Shown piece after piece: positions 15,295-25,305 of a DNA stretch of 64,000 bases. The first letter of the stretch is position 1. The number at the start of each line of letters is the position of its first letter. Location of the stretch: NCBI GenBank assembly GCA_045544995.1, contig JAZQAE010000023.1, positions 43,138-107,137 of the forward strand, in the 5' to 3' direction. The stretch comes from Eubacteriales bacterium. Its GTDB lineage: Bacteria; Bacillota; Clostridia; Oscillospirales; QAKW01. A program made the translations under genes and the position numbers. The notes beneath the pieces are model-generated. The model saw nothing but the letters and a program-made list of their open reading frames with translations, did not search any database and had not been told where the DNA came from.

Positions 15295-16773
15295 ATGACC
15301 AACACAAGTATTTACCAGGATATTGCAACCCGTACCGGTGGTGATATCTATATTGGTGTTGTGGGGCCGGTACGTACCGGAAAATCCACGTTCATTAAAA
15401 AGTTTATGGAAAATTTGGTAATTCCGAATATTGCAAACGACTACAAGCGTGAACGGGCAATTGATGAACTGCCCCAGTCGGCCGGCGGTAAAACCATTAT
15501 GACCACTGAACCGAAGTTTATTCCGGATGAGGCGGCAGAAATTGTGATGGAGGATCATACCAGATTTAACGTTCGTCTGATCGATTGCGTGGGTTATGTG
15601 GTAGACGGAGCCATGGGCCAGACGGAAAACGGGGAAGCCCGAATGGTGGAAACGCCTTGGAGTGAGGAGAAAATGGAGTTCCAGCAGGCGGCCGAGATGG
15701 GGACACGGAAAGTGATCTGTGAACATTCCACCATTGGATTGGTAATCACCACAGACGGAAGCATTGGTGAGATCTCCCGAGACGATTATATCGAGGCGGA
15801 GCAAAGAATTATCCGTGAATTGAAGGCGATTGATAAACCGTTTGCAGTTCTTATAAATTCCATGTTTCCGGAAAGCGATAGTGCACGGGAACTAAAGGAG
15901 CGGCTGACGCAGGAATATGATGTGCCGGTGATGACGGTAAATTGCTTAGAACTGGATCGGGATAAGATTCTTACGATTATTCAGACGGTGTTGATGGAGT
16001 TTCCGCTAAAGGAAATCCAGGTTCAATTGCCGTCTTGGGTGGGGGGACTGGATCAAAATCATTGGCTGAAAAAAGAAGTGTATACCAGTCTTTTAGAAAG
16101 TGCTAAAAATATTGACCGAGTTCGCACCGTTAAGAAGATGGTTTTGGATCTTCGTAACGAGGAACGTCTGTCTCGCTGTGATATTGAGAAGGTGGACCTT
16201 GGTGAGGGAAGCGCCGGTCTAAAGGTGGAATTGAAGCCGGAACTGTATTATCACGTGCTGAGTGAAGCGGCGGGCGTACGCATCGAAAACGATGGGGATC
16301 TGGTGTCTTTGATCAAAGAACTATCGGCATCTACGCGGGAATACGAAAAGATGAAAGACGCATTTGCGGAAGCGCGCTCCAAAGGCTATGGCATCGTTTT
16401 CCCATCTATGGAAGAGATGACGTTAAGCGAACCGCAGGTATTTAAGCAGGGGGGACGATTTGGTGTAAAACTTTCTGCCGAGGCACCGTCTTATCACATT
16501 ATTCAAGCAAATATCTGTACTGAGATTTCCCCCATCGTGGGAAGCGAAAAACAGTCTGAAGAATTGATCGACTATTTGCTCAAGGATTTTGAGGAGGATC
16601 CGTCCAAGATCTGGGAATCGAATATTTTTGGTAAATCTGTTCACGATCTGGTGAATGAAGGTTTACATAATAAATTGTCACGGATGCCGGATGAATCACG
16701 GTTCAAATTGCAGGAGACACTTTCGAGAATCATCAATGAAGGCAGTGCAGGATTGATCTGTATAATCTTGTAA
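15295..16773 (+). CDS. spoIVA: Stage IV sporulation protein A (coat basement-layer ATPase)
   Basis: MTNTSIYQDIATRTGGDIYIGVVGPVRTGKSTFIKKFME closely parallels the B. subtilis SpoIVA N-terminus and Walker A. GGAGG lies 8 nt upstream. Confidence 0.95.
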   Translation: MTNTSIYQDIATRTGGDIYIGVVGPVRTGKSTFIKKFMENLVIPNIANDYKRERAIDELPQSAGGKTIMTTEPKFIPDEAAEIVMEDHTRFNVRLIDCVGYVVDGAMGQTENGEARMVETPWSEEKMEFQQAAEMGTRKVICEHSTIGLVITTDGSIGEISRDDYIEAEQRIIRELKAIDKPFAVLINSMFPESDSARELKERLTQEYDVPVMTVNCLELDRDKILTIIQTVLMEFPLKEIQVQLPSWVGGLDQNHWLKKEVYTSLLESAKNIDRVRTVKKMVLDLRNEERLSRCDIEKVDLGEGSAGLKVELKPELYYHVLSEAAGVRIENDGDLVSLIKELSASTREYEKMKDAFAEARSKGYGIVFPSMEEMTLSEPQVFKQGGRFGVKLSAEAPSYHIIQANICTEISPIVGSEKQSEELIDYLLKDFEEDPSKIWESNIFGKSVHDLVNEGLHNKLSRMPDESRFKLQETLSRIINEGSAGLICIIL

Positions 16774-16806
16774 TTCTGTGGGAAACTTACCGATGAGGTG
16801 AGTGAA

Positions 16807-16962
16807 ATGAATAGCGAAGCACAGGCATTTTTTGACACGCTGCCGAAATGGCTCAGAGAAGATATCCTTCAATCCGGTGTCCAGATCAATACACGGAACG
16901 AACTGGAAGAGATTGCAAGAAACTTTTCGGCAGAACGGGAAGAAAAGCCGGATAATAAGTAA
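16807..16962 (+). CDS. Small hypothetical protein (51 aa)
   Basis: Below the ORF-track size cut-off. GAGGTGA SD 5 nt upstream. MNSEAQAFFDTLPKWLREDILQSGVQINTRNELEEIARNFSAEREEKPDNK. A strong terminator follows. Confidence 0.5.
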   Translation: MNSEAQAFFDTLPKWLREDILQSGVQINTRNELEEIARNFSAEREEKPDNK

Positions 16963-16965
16963 AAA

Positions 16966-17005
16966 AATAATACCGGAGAGATTTCTTCTCCGGTATTATT
17001 TTTTT
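16966..17005 (+). terminator. Intrinsic terminator of the spoIVA/small-ORF unit
   Basis: 14-bp stem AATAATACCGGAGA/TCTCCGGTATTATT followed by T5. Confidence 0.85.
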
Positions 17006-17032
17006 GACATTTTTAGAGAAGTATCGTATAAT
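17004..17032 (+). promoter_or_regulatory. Consensus sigma-A promoter for comEC-holA
   Basis: TTGACA-17 nt-TATAAT. Confidence 0.6.
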
Positions 17033-17053
17033 AAGTGCCGGGAGGGGAGCACA

Positions 17054-19342
17054 TTGTCAAAGCGGTATTTAATGTGGACGTCAACAGTTTTTGTGATGAC
17101 CCTTCTCTTTTGTTCGCTTTTATCGTCAAAAGTTATGGAAATATTGATCTTTCTTGCAGTTTTGGCGTTGATTTTTATTGTTTTTCTCCGTTTTTCACTT
17201 AAAAGATTATTGATTCCATGTCTTGTGGCGTTTGTTTTATCGTCCTGTTATTTCGGTTGGACATCAGAGCGGTTATTCAACATACAAAATATACTGCTCG
17301 GCAAAGAAGTTTTCGTTTCCGGGGAAATCACAGACGTTGGATATAATAGCGCAAAAAATCTGCATCGTTATAAAATTAAATTGGCGGAAATTGATGGCGA
17401 TGAGGTTAAAAAATATGACAATGCCTTCATAAATCTCTATTGCGATGCAACAAAAGAATATTTACCGGGCACATTGGTGCGCGGTGACTTGAAATTCTTT
17501 GAGAGTGCGGTGGAATTCGGAGCCGGCAGGGAAGAGCGGATCATTCTTAATTCCTTTGCTGAGGCTGAATCACTTTCCTTTACCGCATCGGATCAAAAAT
17601 CTTTAGCAAAATGGCTGTATACCTTTCGTACAGGGATTACAGAAAAGATTTCTTTTGGAAATGAAAAAACTCGCGGTTTATTGAAGTCGGTGTGTTTTGG
17701 TGATAAAGAAACCTTGGATTCTGAATTAGAGGTATCTCTCCGGCGCCTTGGGCTTTCTCATGTGACGGCGGTCAGTGGATTGCATCTTTCTTTTACAATT
17801 TTACTATTTGGCTTTATTTTGATTGCATTAGGGCTTCATTATAGAGTTCGTTATCTTATAAACATTTTTATCGCCATCATTTTTACTGCTTTGGTTGGGT
17901 TTCCGCTTTCGTGTGTCCGAGCCTGCGTGATGATCGTACTGATGAGTCTGGGCATGGTGCTGAATTTGGTTGACGATGGATTGACGTCGTTATCCTTTGC
18001 GGCACTTTTGATCGTTTTAGTTAATCCCTTTGCAATTCGAGATATCAGTTTTTTACTCAGCGTCTTTGCAACCGCCGGAATCATTATTGGCAAACCTCCG
18101 ATTGAAAACTTTTTATTTCCGAAGAAATTAGGAAACGACCACCGTGTTAATTGGTTCTATCGTAAGTTGACGGGCGTATTCTCCTGCTCAATGGCTGCCA
18201 CTTTGGGGACACTGCCTATTATTATTCTGGTCTTTCAATCCGTTAGTTTGATCGGTCCGTTTGCCAACGTTTTATTAATTTATCCGTTGCAAGGTTGTTT
18301 TGGCGCCGGAATTCTAATGGTTCTTTTTGGGTGGATTCCCGGTGTTGGTTCTCTGCTGGGCTGGTTCTGTGACGCTCTATATTATTTAATTGACGGGATA
18401 TCATCATTTCTTGGCCGAATTCCTTTTGTCAGCGTTTCTACGTTGAACCGAAATGATTTGATCATACTTGCGCTACTTTTGGTTGTTATCGGTGTCGGAA
18501 TCTATGATTTTGCAGTGAAAAAGCATCGGACAACCATGATTTTGTTTTCATTTTTTCTTTGTTTTTGCTTGCTTTTTCAATTTATATTTATAAAAACACA
18601 TCCGGATGATCGGATAGAAATTGCTTTTGTTGATGTGGGTCAAGGGGACTGTACGGTGATCTCTAAGGACCATTCGGCCGTCATCTTAGATTATGGCGGT
18701 ACATCGCAAAAGAGATATCAATTAATTGATTATTTAAAATCGAGAAATATATATTCTGTAGAATTGCTCTGCTTTACACATCTTCATTCGGATCACACCA
18801 ATGGACTGGGTACCTTATTGAAGAATATATATGTAGATGAAATTCTATATCCGGAGCTTCCGTGTGATAATCCTACCTTATTGCCAATGATCCGCATGGA
18901 GAAGAATGCTGTCATTACTTCAAACCTGCAACGAAATGTTTTGGGAAATGTAACGATTTCGGCGCTCTATAATTTAGACGATACGAAAGTTGCCGGAAAT
19001 GAAAATGGAGTCTGTTACCGCATTGCATACGGAGATACCTCTGTATTAGTGACGGGTGATCTGCCCGGTGAAATGGAATTAAAACTCATGGAATCTTTGG
19101 GCGATACAACAATTTTAAGGGTGTCTCATCATGGGAGTGATACCTCGTCGATGTATCCGTTTCTCAAGGCGATTGCTCCCGAAATCTCGGTGATCTCTGT
19201 TGGTGAAAACGCCTTTGGCTTACCGAATGAGAGTGTTCTTGATCGCTTAAAGACAATAAGTGCAGAAGTGTTGCTGACAAAACAAGAAGGAACTATCTGT
19301 TTCAAGACGGATGGGAAAATGATAGAAAGGGTCTTTGAATGA
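17054..19342 (+). CDS. comEC: DNA internalisation competence protein ComEC/Rec2
   Basis: TTG 17054 follows GGGAGGGGAG (alternative ATG 17072). OB-like N-domain, polytopic competence domain and C-terminal MBL domain (VDVGQGDCTVI...FTHLHSDH...VSHHGS). The track start at 16832 reads through a terminator. Confidence 0.9.
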   Translation: MSKRYLMWTSTVFVMTLLFCSLLSSKVMEILIFLAVLALIFIVFLRFSLKRLLIPCLVAFVLSSCYFGWTSERLFNIQNILLGKEVFVSGEITDVGYNSAKNLHRYKIKLAEIDGDEVKKYDNAFINLYCDATKEYLPGTLVRGDLKFFESAVEFGAGREERIILNSFAEAESLSFTASDQKSLAKWLYTFRTGITEKISFGNEKTRGLLKSVCFGDKETLDSELEVSLRRLGLSHVTAVSGLHLSFTILLFGFILIALGLHYRVRYLINIFIAIIFTALVGFPLSCVRACVMIVLMSLGMVLNLVDDGLTSLSFAALLIVLVNPFAIRDISFLLSVFATAGIIIGKPPIENFLFPKKLGNDHRVNWFYRKLTGVFSCSMAATLGTLPIIILVFQSVSLIGPFANVLLIYPLQGCFGAGILMVLFGWIPGVGSLLGWFCDALYYLIDGISSFLGRIPFVSVSTLNRNDLIILALLLVVIGVGIYDFAVKKHRTTMILFSFFLCFCLLFQFIFIKTHPDDRIEIAFVDVGQGDCTVISKDHSAVILDYGGTSQKRYQLIDYLKSRNIYSVELLCFTHLHSDHTNGLGTLLKNIYVDEILYPELPCDNPTLLPMIRMEKNAVITSNLQRNVLGNVTISALYNLDDTKVAGNENGVCYRIAYGDTSVLVTGDLPGEMELKLMESLGDTTILRVSHHGSDTSSMYPFLKAIAPEISVISVGENAFGLPNESVLDRLKTISAEVLLTKQEGTICFKTDGKMIERVFE

Positions 19343-20370
19343 AGATTGAAGCACTAAAAAAACAGTTGCATGAAGGAACGCTTGCATCTTTATATTATCT
19401 ATCCGGTGACGAACAGTTTTTACTGGATCATTATTATGGGAAATTCAAAGAATGCTGCGCCGGAGTCTTGCCGGAATTAAATCTCATTGAGCTTGATGGA
19501 AAAAAGATAGATTTTGATTATTTGGCAGATGCTTGTACGTCTTATCCGGTAATGGCGGAGCGTAAACTTGTAACTGTTGTTGATCTGGAGCCGTCGGCGA
19601 TCAAAGGATACAATGAAAAGAAATTTTCTGCCGCTCTTTCTGATATTGCACCGGGAGTGACGGTTCTTCTGTGGGAACACGCCAAAGAAAAAACCAAGGC
19701 CAATTCGATCGAAACTGCCGTCAAACATCTGGGCGGGGAGATTGCACGAGCAGACCGACCCAGTCCGGAAGCCCTTATTCCGTGGATACAGGGGATTGCA
19801 AATCGGAGCGGTGTGTCCATTGATCGGAAGGATTGTCTTTATCTGGCCGAATTGACCGGGAACTCCATGCTTCGGATGCATAATGAATTGCAAAAAATGA
19901 TTGCATATCTGCAAACCGGGGAGATAGATCGGGCGTTGATCGATAAGATGGTAGCGCCGGAGGAGAATTCTTCATGGTTCGGGATCTCCAATGCTATTTC
20001 GGAACATGACTTTGATCTATTGATGCGGGCATTGCAATCGTTATATCAACAAAACGTGGATGAAACAGTGATTGCCGGAATGTTTTATCGGGCTTATATT
20101 GATTTATGGCGTGGTGAAACCGCTTTGAAAGAGGGAAAATCTTCTGCCGAACTGGCAACGGTTTGCGGAATCAGCCCTTATGCAGCAGCCAGAATCATGC
20201 GCAGTGCTGCAAAGTTGGAGGAGGGAGAAGCATTAGACGGACTACGTCGGTGCCGTGAATTGGATCGAAATTTAAAAACATCCGGGTTAAATAAAAAGGA
20301 TTTGATCTATAGTTTTGCGGCGGGACTGTTGGCTTTTCAAATGAAGGATCATGAAAAAGATACCTATTAA
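19339..20370 (+). CDS. holA: DNA polymerase III delta subunit
   Basis: 343 aa; LYYLSGDEQFLLDHY... is delta-like. The comEC-holA adjacency matches Bacillus. Confidence 0.85.
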   Translation: MKIEALKKQLHEGTLASLYYLSGDEQFLLDHYYGKFKECCAGVLPELNLIELDGKKIDFDYLADACTSYPVMAERKLVTVVDLEPSAIKGYNEKKFSAALSDIAPGVTVLLWEHAKEKTKANSIETAVKHLGGEIARADRPSPEALIPWIQGIANRSGVSIDRKDCLYLAELTGNSMLRMHNELQKMIAYLQTGEIDRALIDKMVAPEENSSWFGISNAISEHDFDLLMRALQSLYQQNVDETVIAGMFYRAYIDLWRGETALKEGKSSAELATVCGISPYAAARIMRSAAKLEEGEALDGLRRCRELDRNLKTSGLNKKDLIYSFAAGLLAFQMKDHEKDTY

Positions 20371-20923
20371 ACAGATTATTCTGGTAGAAGGAAAATACGA
20401 TAAGATTACATTGGAGAACATCGTTGACGGAATCATTATTCCTTGCGATGGTTTTGGCATTTTTAAAAACGAGGAACAAAAAAAGGCCATTCGAGAGATG
20501 GCCAAGCGATATGGTGCAATTATTTTGACCGATTCCGATCGAGCTGGAAATGTGATACGTTCTTATTTACAGACGATTTTGCAAGGGGCAGAGCTCTATC
20601 CTCTTTATATTCCGGCGGTGCCGGGAAAAGAAAAACGCAAGACATCTTATTCGAAAGAGGGGTATTTAGGGGTAGAAGGAATTGATTCTAAGACGCTGTA
20701 TCGTCTTTTTGAGGAGTTTCGTGCGGAACCGGTTGGCACGGCGATTCAGGCAAGAGATCTTTTTGAATATGGTCTAACGGGATCTTCGGGAGCCTCGGAG
20801 CGAAAGGCGGATTTACTGCGTTCATTAGATTTGCCGCCTCATCTTTCTAATAAGGCGTTGCTAAAGGAATTAAATCGACGATTTGATTCGCAGAGTTTTA
20901 AAGCGTTTATAAATAATAAATAA
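20351..20923 (+). CDS. Toprim-domain protein, RNase M5-like (DUF4093-type)
   Basis: IILVEGKYDKITL and AIILTDSDRAGNVIR are Toprim motifs collinear with RNase M5. Confidence 0.65.
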   Translation: MKKIPIKQIILVEGKYDKITLENIVDGIIIPCDGFGIFKNEEQKKAIREMAKRYGAIILTDSDRAGNVIRSYLQTILQGAELYPLYIPAVPGKEKRKTSYSKEGYLGVEGIDSKTLYRLFEEFRAEPVGTAIQARDLFEYGLTGSSGASERKADLLRSLDLPPHLSNKALLKELNRRFDSQSFKAFINNK

Positions 20924-20952
20924 AAAGGGCACCTTTTAAAAGGTACCCTTTT
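20923..20952. terminator. Bidirectional terminator between the Toprim gene and rpsR
   Basis: AAAAGGGCACCTTTT/AAAAGGTACCCTTTT hairpin with A/T runs on both sides. Confidence 0.7.
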
Positions 20953-20962
20953 ATTTATTGAA

Positions 20963-21205
20963 TTAGTCGCTGACGTAGGGCAGCAGAGCGATAACACGAG
21001 CACGCTTAATGGCGCTGGTCAGCTGACGCTGATGCTTAGCGCAGGTGCCGGTTACACGGCGGGGAAGGATCTTGGCACGTTCAGAAATGAACTTTCTGAG
21101 TTTTGCCACATCCTTGTAGTCAATATCGGTTACTTTATCCACGCAGAAGGCGCAAACTTTACGTCTGGGCTTTCTGTTGGGTCTGTAATTCTTTTCTCTT
21201 TCCAC
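20963..21205 (-). CDS. rpsR: 30S ribosomal protein S18
   Basis: ..[49 protein letters not shown].. Confidence 0.95.
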   Translation of the reverse strand: MEREKNYRPNRKPRRKVCAFCVDKVTDIDYKDVAKLRKFISERAKILPRRVTGTCAKHQRQLTSAIKRARVIALLPYVSD

Positions 21206-21226
21206 AGCTAAATCCTCCTTTAAAGA

Positions 21227-21649
21227 TTAGAAGGGCAATTCATCATCTTGGACTTCTTCAAATTCAACGGTATTACCACCGGTTACGGGGGGAGCCTTGA
21301 ATTCAGGAGCGACAGGACGAGAAGAGTCCTTTTTGGATTCTACAAAGTGTGCCTCATCGGCGACGACCTCAAAGGCGGTTCTCTTAGCGCCGGTCTTATC
21401 TTCATAGCTACGGGACTGCAGGGAACCGACTAATGCGATCAAATTGCCTTTTTCAAAAAACTTGCAGATGAAATCAGCAGTGTTTCTCCAAGCAACGCAG
21501 TTGATAAAATCCGTAGGATAATTGCCGTCCGGACCTTTATACTGACGCTGAACAGCGACAGAAAAAGAAGTGACGGATACATCGGAAGAGGTTTTTCTCA
21601 GCTCCGGTGTGGCGGTCAGACGACCGGTCAAAATGACTTTGTTTAACAT
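21227..21649 (-). CDS. ssb: Single-stranded DNA-binding protein
   Basis: MLNKVILTGRLTATPELR... OB fold with an acidic tail ending DDELPF. Confidence 0.95.
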   Translation of the reverse strand: MLNKVILTGRLTATPELRKTSSDVSVTSFSVAVQRQYKGPDGNYPTDFINCVAWRNTADFICKFFEKGNLIALVGSLQSRSYEDKTGAKRTAFEVVADEAHFVESKKDSSRPVAPEFKAPPVTGGNTVEFEEVQDDELPF

Positions 21650-21664
21650 AGCAGAATCCCTTTC

Positions 21665-21961
21665 TTACTTTTCTTCTTTGTTCACGACGATGGAACGCAG
21701 AATGCCGTCAGTAATGCCGTAAATTCTTTCGAGTTCGGCGGGGAAGGTAACGGGCGCTTCAAAATTGATCAGCACATAATGACCTTCGTTGACGAAATCG
21801 ATCGCATAGGCAAGTTTCTTGACGCCCCAGTCTTCAACAGATTCAACAGTACCGTGCTTTGCGATCAGTTCTTTGAACTTCTCAACCAGTGCGGTATGCT
21901 CCTCCTCTGTCAAATTAGGCCGGGTGATGAGAATAGTTTCATACTTGCGATTTTCAGCCAT
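21665..21961 (-). CDS. rpsF: 30S ribosomal protein S6
   Basis: RKYETILITRPNLTEEEHTALVEKFKELI... and the rpsF-ssb-rpsR order. Confidence 0.95.
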   Translation of the reverse strand: MAENRKYETILITRPNLTEEEHTALVEKFKELIAKHGTVESVEDWGVKKLAYAIDFVNEGHYVLINFEAPVTFPAELERIYGITDGILRSIVVNKEEK

Positions 21962-22018
21962 GATTTACACCTCCTTATGGACATTTGGCTCATTGATTCA
22001 ATGAGCAAGGACCTTATA

Positions 22019-22046
22019 ATTATACAATAAATATTTAAAATGTCAA
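22019..22046 (-). promoter_or_regulatory. Sigma-A-type promoter for rpsF-ssb-rpsR
   Basis: The minus strand reads TTGACA-16 nt-TATAAT. The leader contains hairpin GCTCATTG-ATT-CAATGAGC (21988-22006). Confidence 0.55.
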
Positions 22047-22185
22047 GTGTTAAATTTTATTTCATTTATAATATTTATGCTTGTTAATAAAATTTGTCGT
22101 TATCTATTGAAATTGCAATACTAATGTGCTATTATTTATGTTAAAGTAATATGTACTTGTATGTCTATTTTATGAGGTTGAATGA

Positions 22186-23391
22186 ATGAACGTATTATTT
22201 TCCCCCCCGGATATATCTGAACTTGAGATTGAAGACGTTGCTGAGGCTTTGAAATCAGGGTGGATTACCACGGGTCCCCGTACAAAAGAACTTGAGAGAC
22301 GGATTGCTGAATATGTCGGTGTTTCTAAGTGTGTTTGTTTGAATTCTCAGACGGCTTGCGCCGAAATGGCATTGAGGGTCCTTGGTATCGGTCCCGGCGA
22401 TGAGGTGATTACCACTCCATACACTTATACCGCTACCGCATCTGTTGTATGCCATGTGGGCGCCAAGTTGGTCTTGGTGGACACGGTGGCGGATACCACA
22501 GAAATGAATTACGACGCCTTGGAAGTTGCTATTACCGCAAATACAAAGGCGATCATCCCCGTGGATTTGGCCGGAATTCCGTGCAATTATGATCGTATCT
22601 TTGAGATTGTGGAAAGTAAAAAAGAGTTGTTCCAGCCTTCCACTCCTATTCAAAAAGCGTTGGGGCGTATTGCCGTTATGGCTGATACGGCGCATGCTTT
22701 CGGGGCGGAGCGAAAGGGGAAAAAAGCGGGATGTATTGCGGATTTCTCTTCCTTCTCCTTTCACGCAGTCAAGAATTTGACTACTGCTGAAGGCGGCGCT
22801 CTTACTTGGAACACCATTCCGGGCGTTGACGATGAAGAGATTTATCATCAGTTGCAACTTTTAAGTTTGCACGGCCAGTCTAAGGACGCATTGAACAAGA
22901 CAATGCTTGGCGCCTGGGAATACGATATCGTCGGTACTTGGTATAAATGTAATATGACTGACGTGGTGGCTGCAATCGGTCTGGCTCAGTTGGTCCGTTA
23001 CCCGGAGATGCTTGCACGGAGAAAAGAAATCATCGAGCGCTATGATGCGGCATTTTTGCCTCTTGGAATTCAGTCATTGCCTCATTACACTGACGAACAT
23101 CATTCCTCCGGACATCTGTATATTTCCAGAATACCCGGCATCACGCTTGAACAACGAAATGAGATCATTATAAAGATGGCGGAAGTTGGAATTGCTTGTA
23201 ATGTGCATTATAAACCGTTGCCAATGATGACGGCTTATAAAAAAATCGGCTTCGATATTGCGGATTATCCGAATGCGTATGCATTTTTTGAAAATGAGAT
23301 TACGTTACCTCTTCATACCTGTCTGACGGACGAAGAGATCGACTACGTTATTGAAAATTACTGCAAAATTGTACAGTCCTATCTTGCTTGA
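22186..23391 (+). CDS. DegT/DnrJ/EryC1/StrS-family PLP-dependent sugar aminotransferase
   Basis: 401 aa with ..SFSFHAVKNLTTAEGGAL.. (PLP-Lys region). Confidence 0.85.
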   Translation: MNVLFSPPDISELEIEDVAEALKSGWITTGPRTKELERRIAEYVGVSKCVCLNSQTACAEMALRVLGIGPGDEVITTPYTYTATASVVCHVGAKLVLVDTVADTTEMNYDALEVAITANTKAIIPVDLAGIPCNYDRIFEIVESKKELFQPSTPIQKALGRIAVMADTAHAFGAERKGKKAGCIADFSSFSFHAVKNLTTAEGGALTWNTIPGVDDEEIYHQLQLLSLHGQSKDALNKTMLGAWEYDIVGTWYKCNMTDVVAAIGLAQLVRYPEMLARRKEIIERYDAAFLPLGIQSLPHYTDEHHSSGHLYISRIPGITLEQRNEIIIKMAEVGIACNVHYKPLPMMTAYKKIGFDIADYPNAYAFFENEITLPLHTCLTDEEIDYVIENYCKIVQSYLA

Positions 23392-23418
23392 CAAATTTTG
23401 TTTTAAGGTTGTGAAAAA

Positions 23419-25296
23419 ATGAAATTGAATTTCTCAAAAGGAAAACGATTACGCATCATGCTCATTCTTGCAATCCTGGATGCGCTGTTTATTGCCGGAT
23501 CGTTTTTTGCGGCCATTTGGCTTCGTTTTGATTTTAAATATTCTGAAATTCCGGAACCTTATATCAGAACGTTTGCTAACACGATCGGAATTTGGATCTT
23601 GATCTCATGGGTTGTTTTTGCCTTTTTTAGGCTTTATAACAACATTTTGAGTTTCGTCGGTCAAGAAGATATGTTTAGAATCGTTCTGGCACATGTCATT
23701 CTGGCTGGAATTGGTCTTGCATTGATTGCGATCTTGAAGCTCGATATGCCGAAATCCTACTATGTTTTAGGTTGGATCTTTAGCTTTATTTCGACGATTG
23801 TTATTCGCTTTGGAAAACGAATTATATTAGTCATCATTAGCTTGTTTTCTAAACGCTCAATTGACAGAAGAGATCAGGAACGGATCATGATCATTGGTGC
23901 CGGCTTTGCCGGTCGTATGATCCTGCGTGAGTATCTGGAAAGTGATAAAACCAATGGTCAAGTGGTTTGCTTTATTGATGATAATCCGCAGAAAAAAGGG
24001 TGTCGTTTGGAAAATGTGCCCATCATCGGTAACCGTGATGATATCGTGGATGCTGCACAAACCTACGATGTTAATAAAATTATTTTTGCAATTCCCAGTT
24101 GTACTGGTGCCGACCGTAAAGAAATTTTGGATATCTGCTGCGAGACCGGCTGTGAAGTGGAGATCGTCCCCGGAATTTATCAGCTTGTGAGCGGTAACGT
24201 AACTGCCAGCAAGCTGCGCAAAGTTCAGATTCAGGATCTTTTGGGGCGCGATCCGGTACAGGTGAATCTGGATGAGATTTACCGGTATATTTCCGGCAAA
24301 GTCGTTATGGTTACCGGCGGTGGCGGTTCTATAGGAAGTGAATTGTGTCGCCAGATCGCACTGAGTTCTCCGAAGAAACTGATCATTTTTGATATCTACG
24401 AAAACAACGCATATGAAATTCAGATGGAGTTGCGGCGCAAATATCCCCATCTGAAGTTGGAAGTTTTGATCGGTTCTGTACGGAATACCTCTCGGCTTGA
24501 TTCGGTGCTGGGTGAACGCAAACCGGATATTGTCTTCCACGCTGCGGCGCATAAACACGTTCCGTTGATGGAAGATAGCCCTAACGAAGCGATTAAAAAC
24601 AATGTTTTTGGCACTTATAAAATGGCGAAAGCAGCTGTGAAGCACGGCGTCAAGAAATTTGTTTTGATCTCTACGGATAAGGCGGTAAACCCGACGAACA
24701 TTATGGGCGCATCAAAACGTCTTTGCGAGATGGTGGTCCAAATGATGAACCGTGAGTCTGAAAAGACAGAGTTCGTTGCGGTTCGTTTCGGTAACGTTTT
24801 AGGAAGTAACGGAAGTGTTATTCCGCTTTTTGAGAAACAAATCGAAGAGGGCGGTCCCGTTACGGTGACACATCCGGATATTACTCGTTTCTTTATGACG
24901 ATTCCTGAGGCAGTTTCGTTGGTATTGCAGGCCGGTTATTATGCCAATGGCGGTGAAATCTATGTTTTGGATATGGGTAAGCCCGTCAAGATTGCCGATA
25001 TGGCGCGCAATATGATTCGTCTTTCCGGATTTGAGCCGGATTACGATATTCAGATCAAATATACCGGTCTTCGTCCCGGCGAGAAGCTTTACGAAGAGCT
25101 CTTGATGGACGAAGAGGGATTGCAGGAAACGGCAAATAAATTAATTCATATCGGTCGTCCTATCGAAATGGACGACGAAGAATTTAAACGTCAGTTGAAT
25201 CGGTTGGAAGAGGCTTATTTAAACGAGGCTGCAGACATTAAAGATATTGTGGCTGAAATTGTTCCCACCTATAAGAGAGATCCTGCAAATTCATAA
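23419..25296 (+). CDS. Membrane-bound nucleotide-sugar 4,6-dehydratase/epimerase (CapD/PglF family)
   Basis: N-terminal TM segments, a VMVTGGGGSIGSEL Rossmann motif, and CapD-like length (625 aa). Confidence 0.85.
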   Translation: MKLNFSKGKRLRIMLILAILDALFIAGSFFAAIWLRFDFKYSEIPEPYIRTFANTIGIWILISWVVFAFFRLYNNILSFVGQEDMFRIVLAHVILAGIGLALIAILKLDMPKSYYVLGWIFSFISTIVIRFGKRIILVIISLFSKRSIDRRDQERIMIIGAGFAGRMILREYLESDKTNGQVVCFIDDNPQKKGCRLENVPIIGNRDDIVDAAQTYDVNKIIFAIPSCTGADRKEILDICCETGCEVEIVPGIYQLVSGNVTASKLRKVQIQDLLGRDPVQVNLDEIYRYISGKVVMVTGGGGSIGSELCRQIALSSPKKLIIFDIYENNAYEIQMELRRKYPHLKLEVLIGSVRNTSRLDSVLGERKPDIVFHAAAHKHVPLMEDSPNEAIKNNVFGTYKMAKAAVKHGVKKFVLISTDKAVNPTNIMGASKRLCEMVVQMMNRESEKTEFVAVRFGNVLGSNGSVIPLFEKQIEEGGPVTVTHPDITRFFMTIPEAVSLVLQAGYYANGGEIYVLDMGKPVKIADMARNMIRLSGFEPDYDIQIKYTGLRPGEKLYEELLMDEEGLQETANKLIHIGRPIEMDDEEFKRQLNRLEEAYLNEAADIKDIVAEIVPTYKRDPANS

Positions 25297-25305
25297 ATTA
25301 TTCAT

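Noticed and set aside
16832-17053. The ORF-track start of comEC at 16832 (836 aa).
   Set aside because: The extension reads through the 51-codon ORF in another frame, a 14-bp-stem terminator and a consensus promoter. TTG 17054, with a strong SD, gives a normal ComEC N-terminus.
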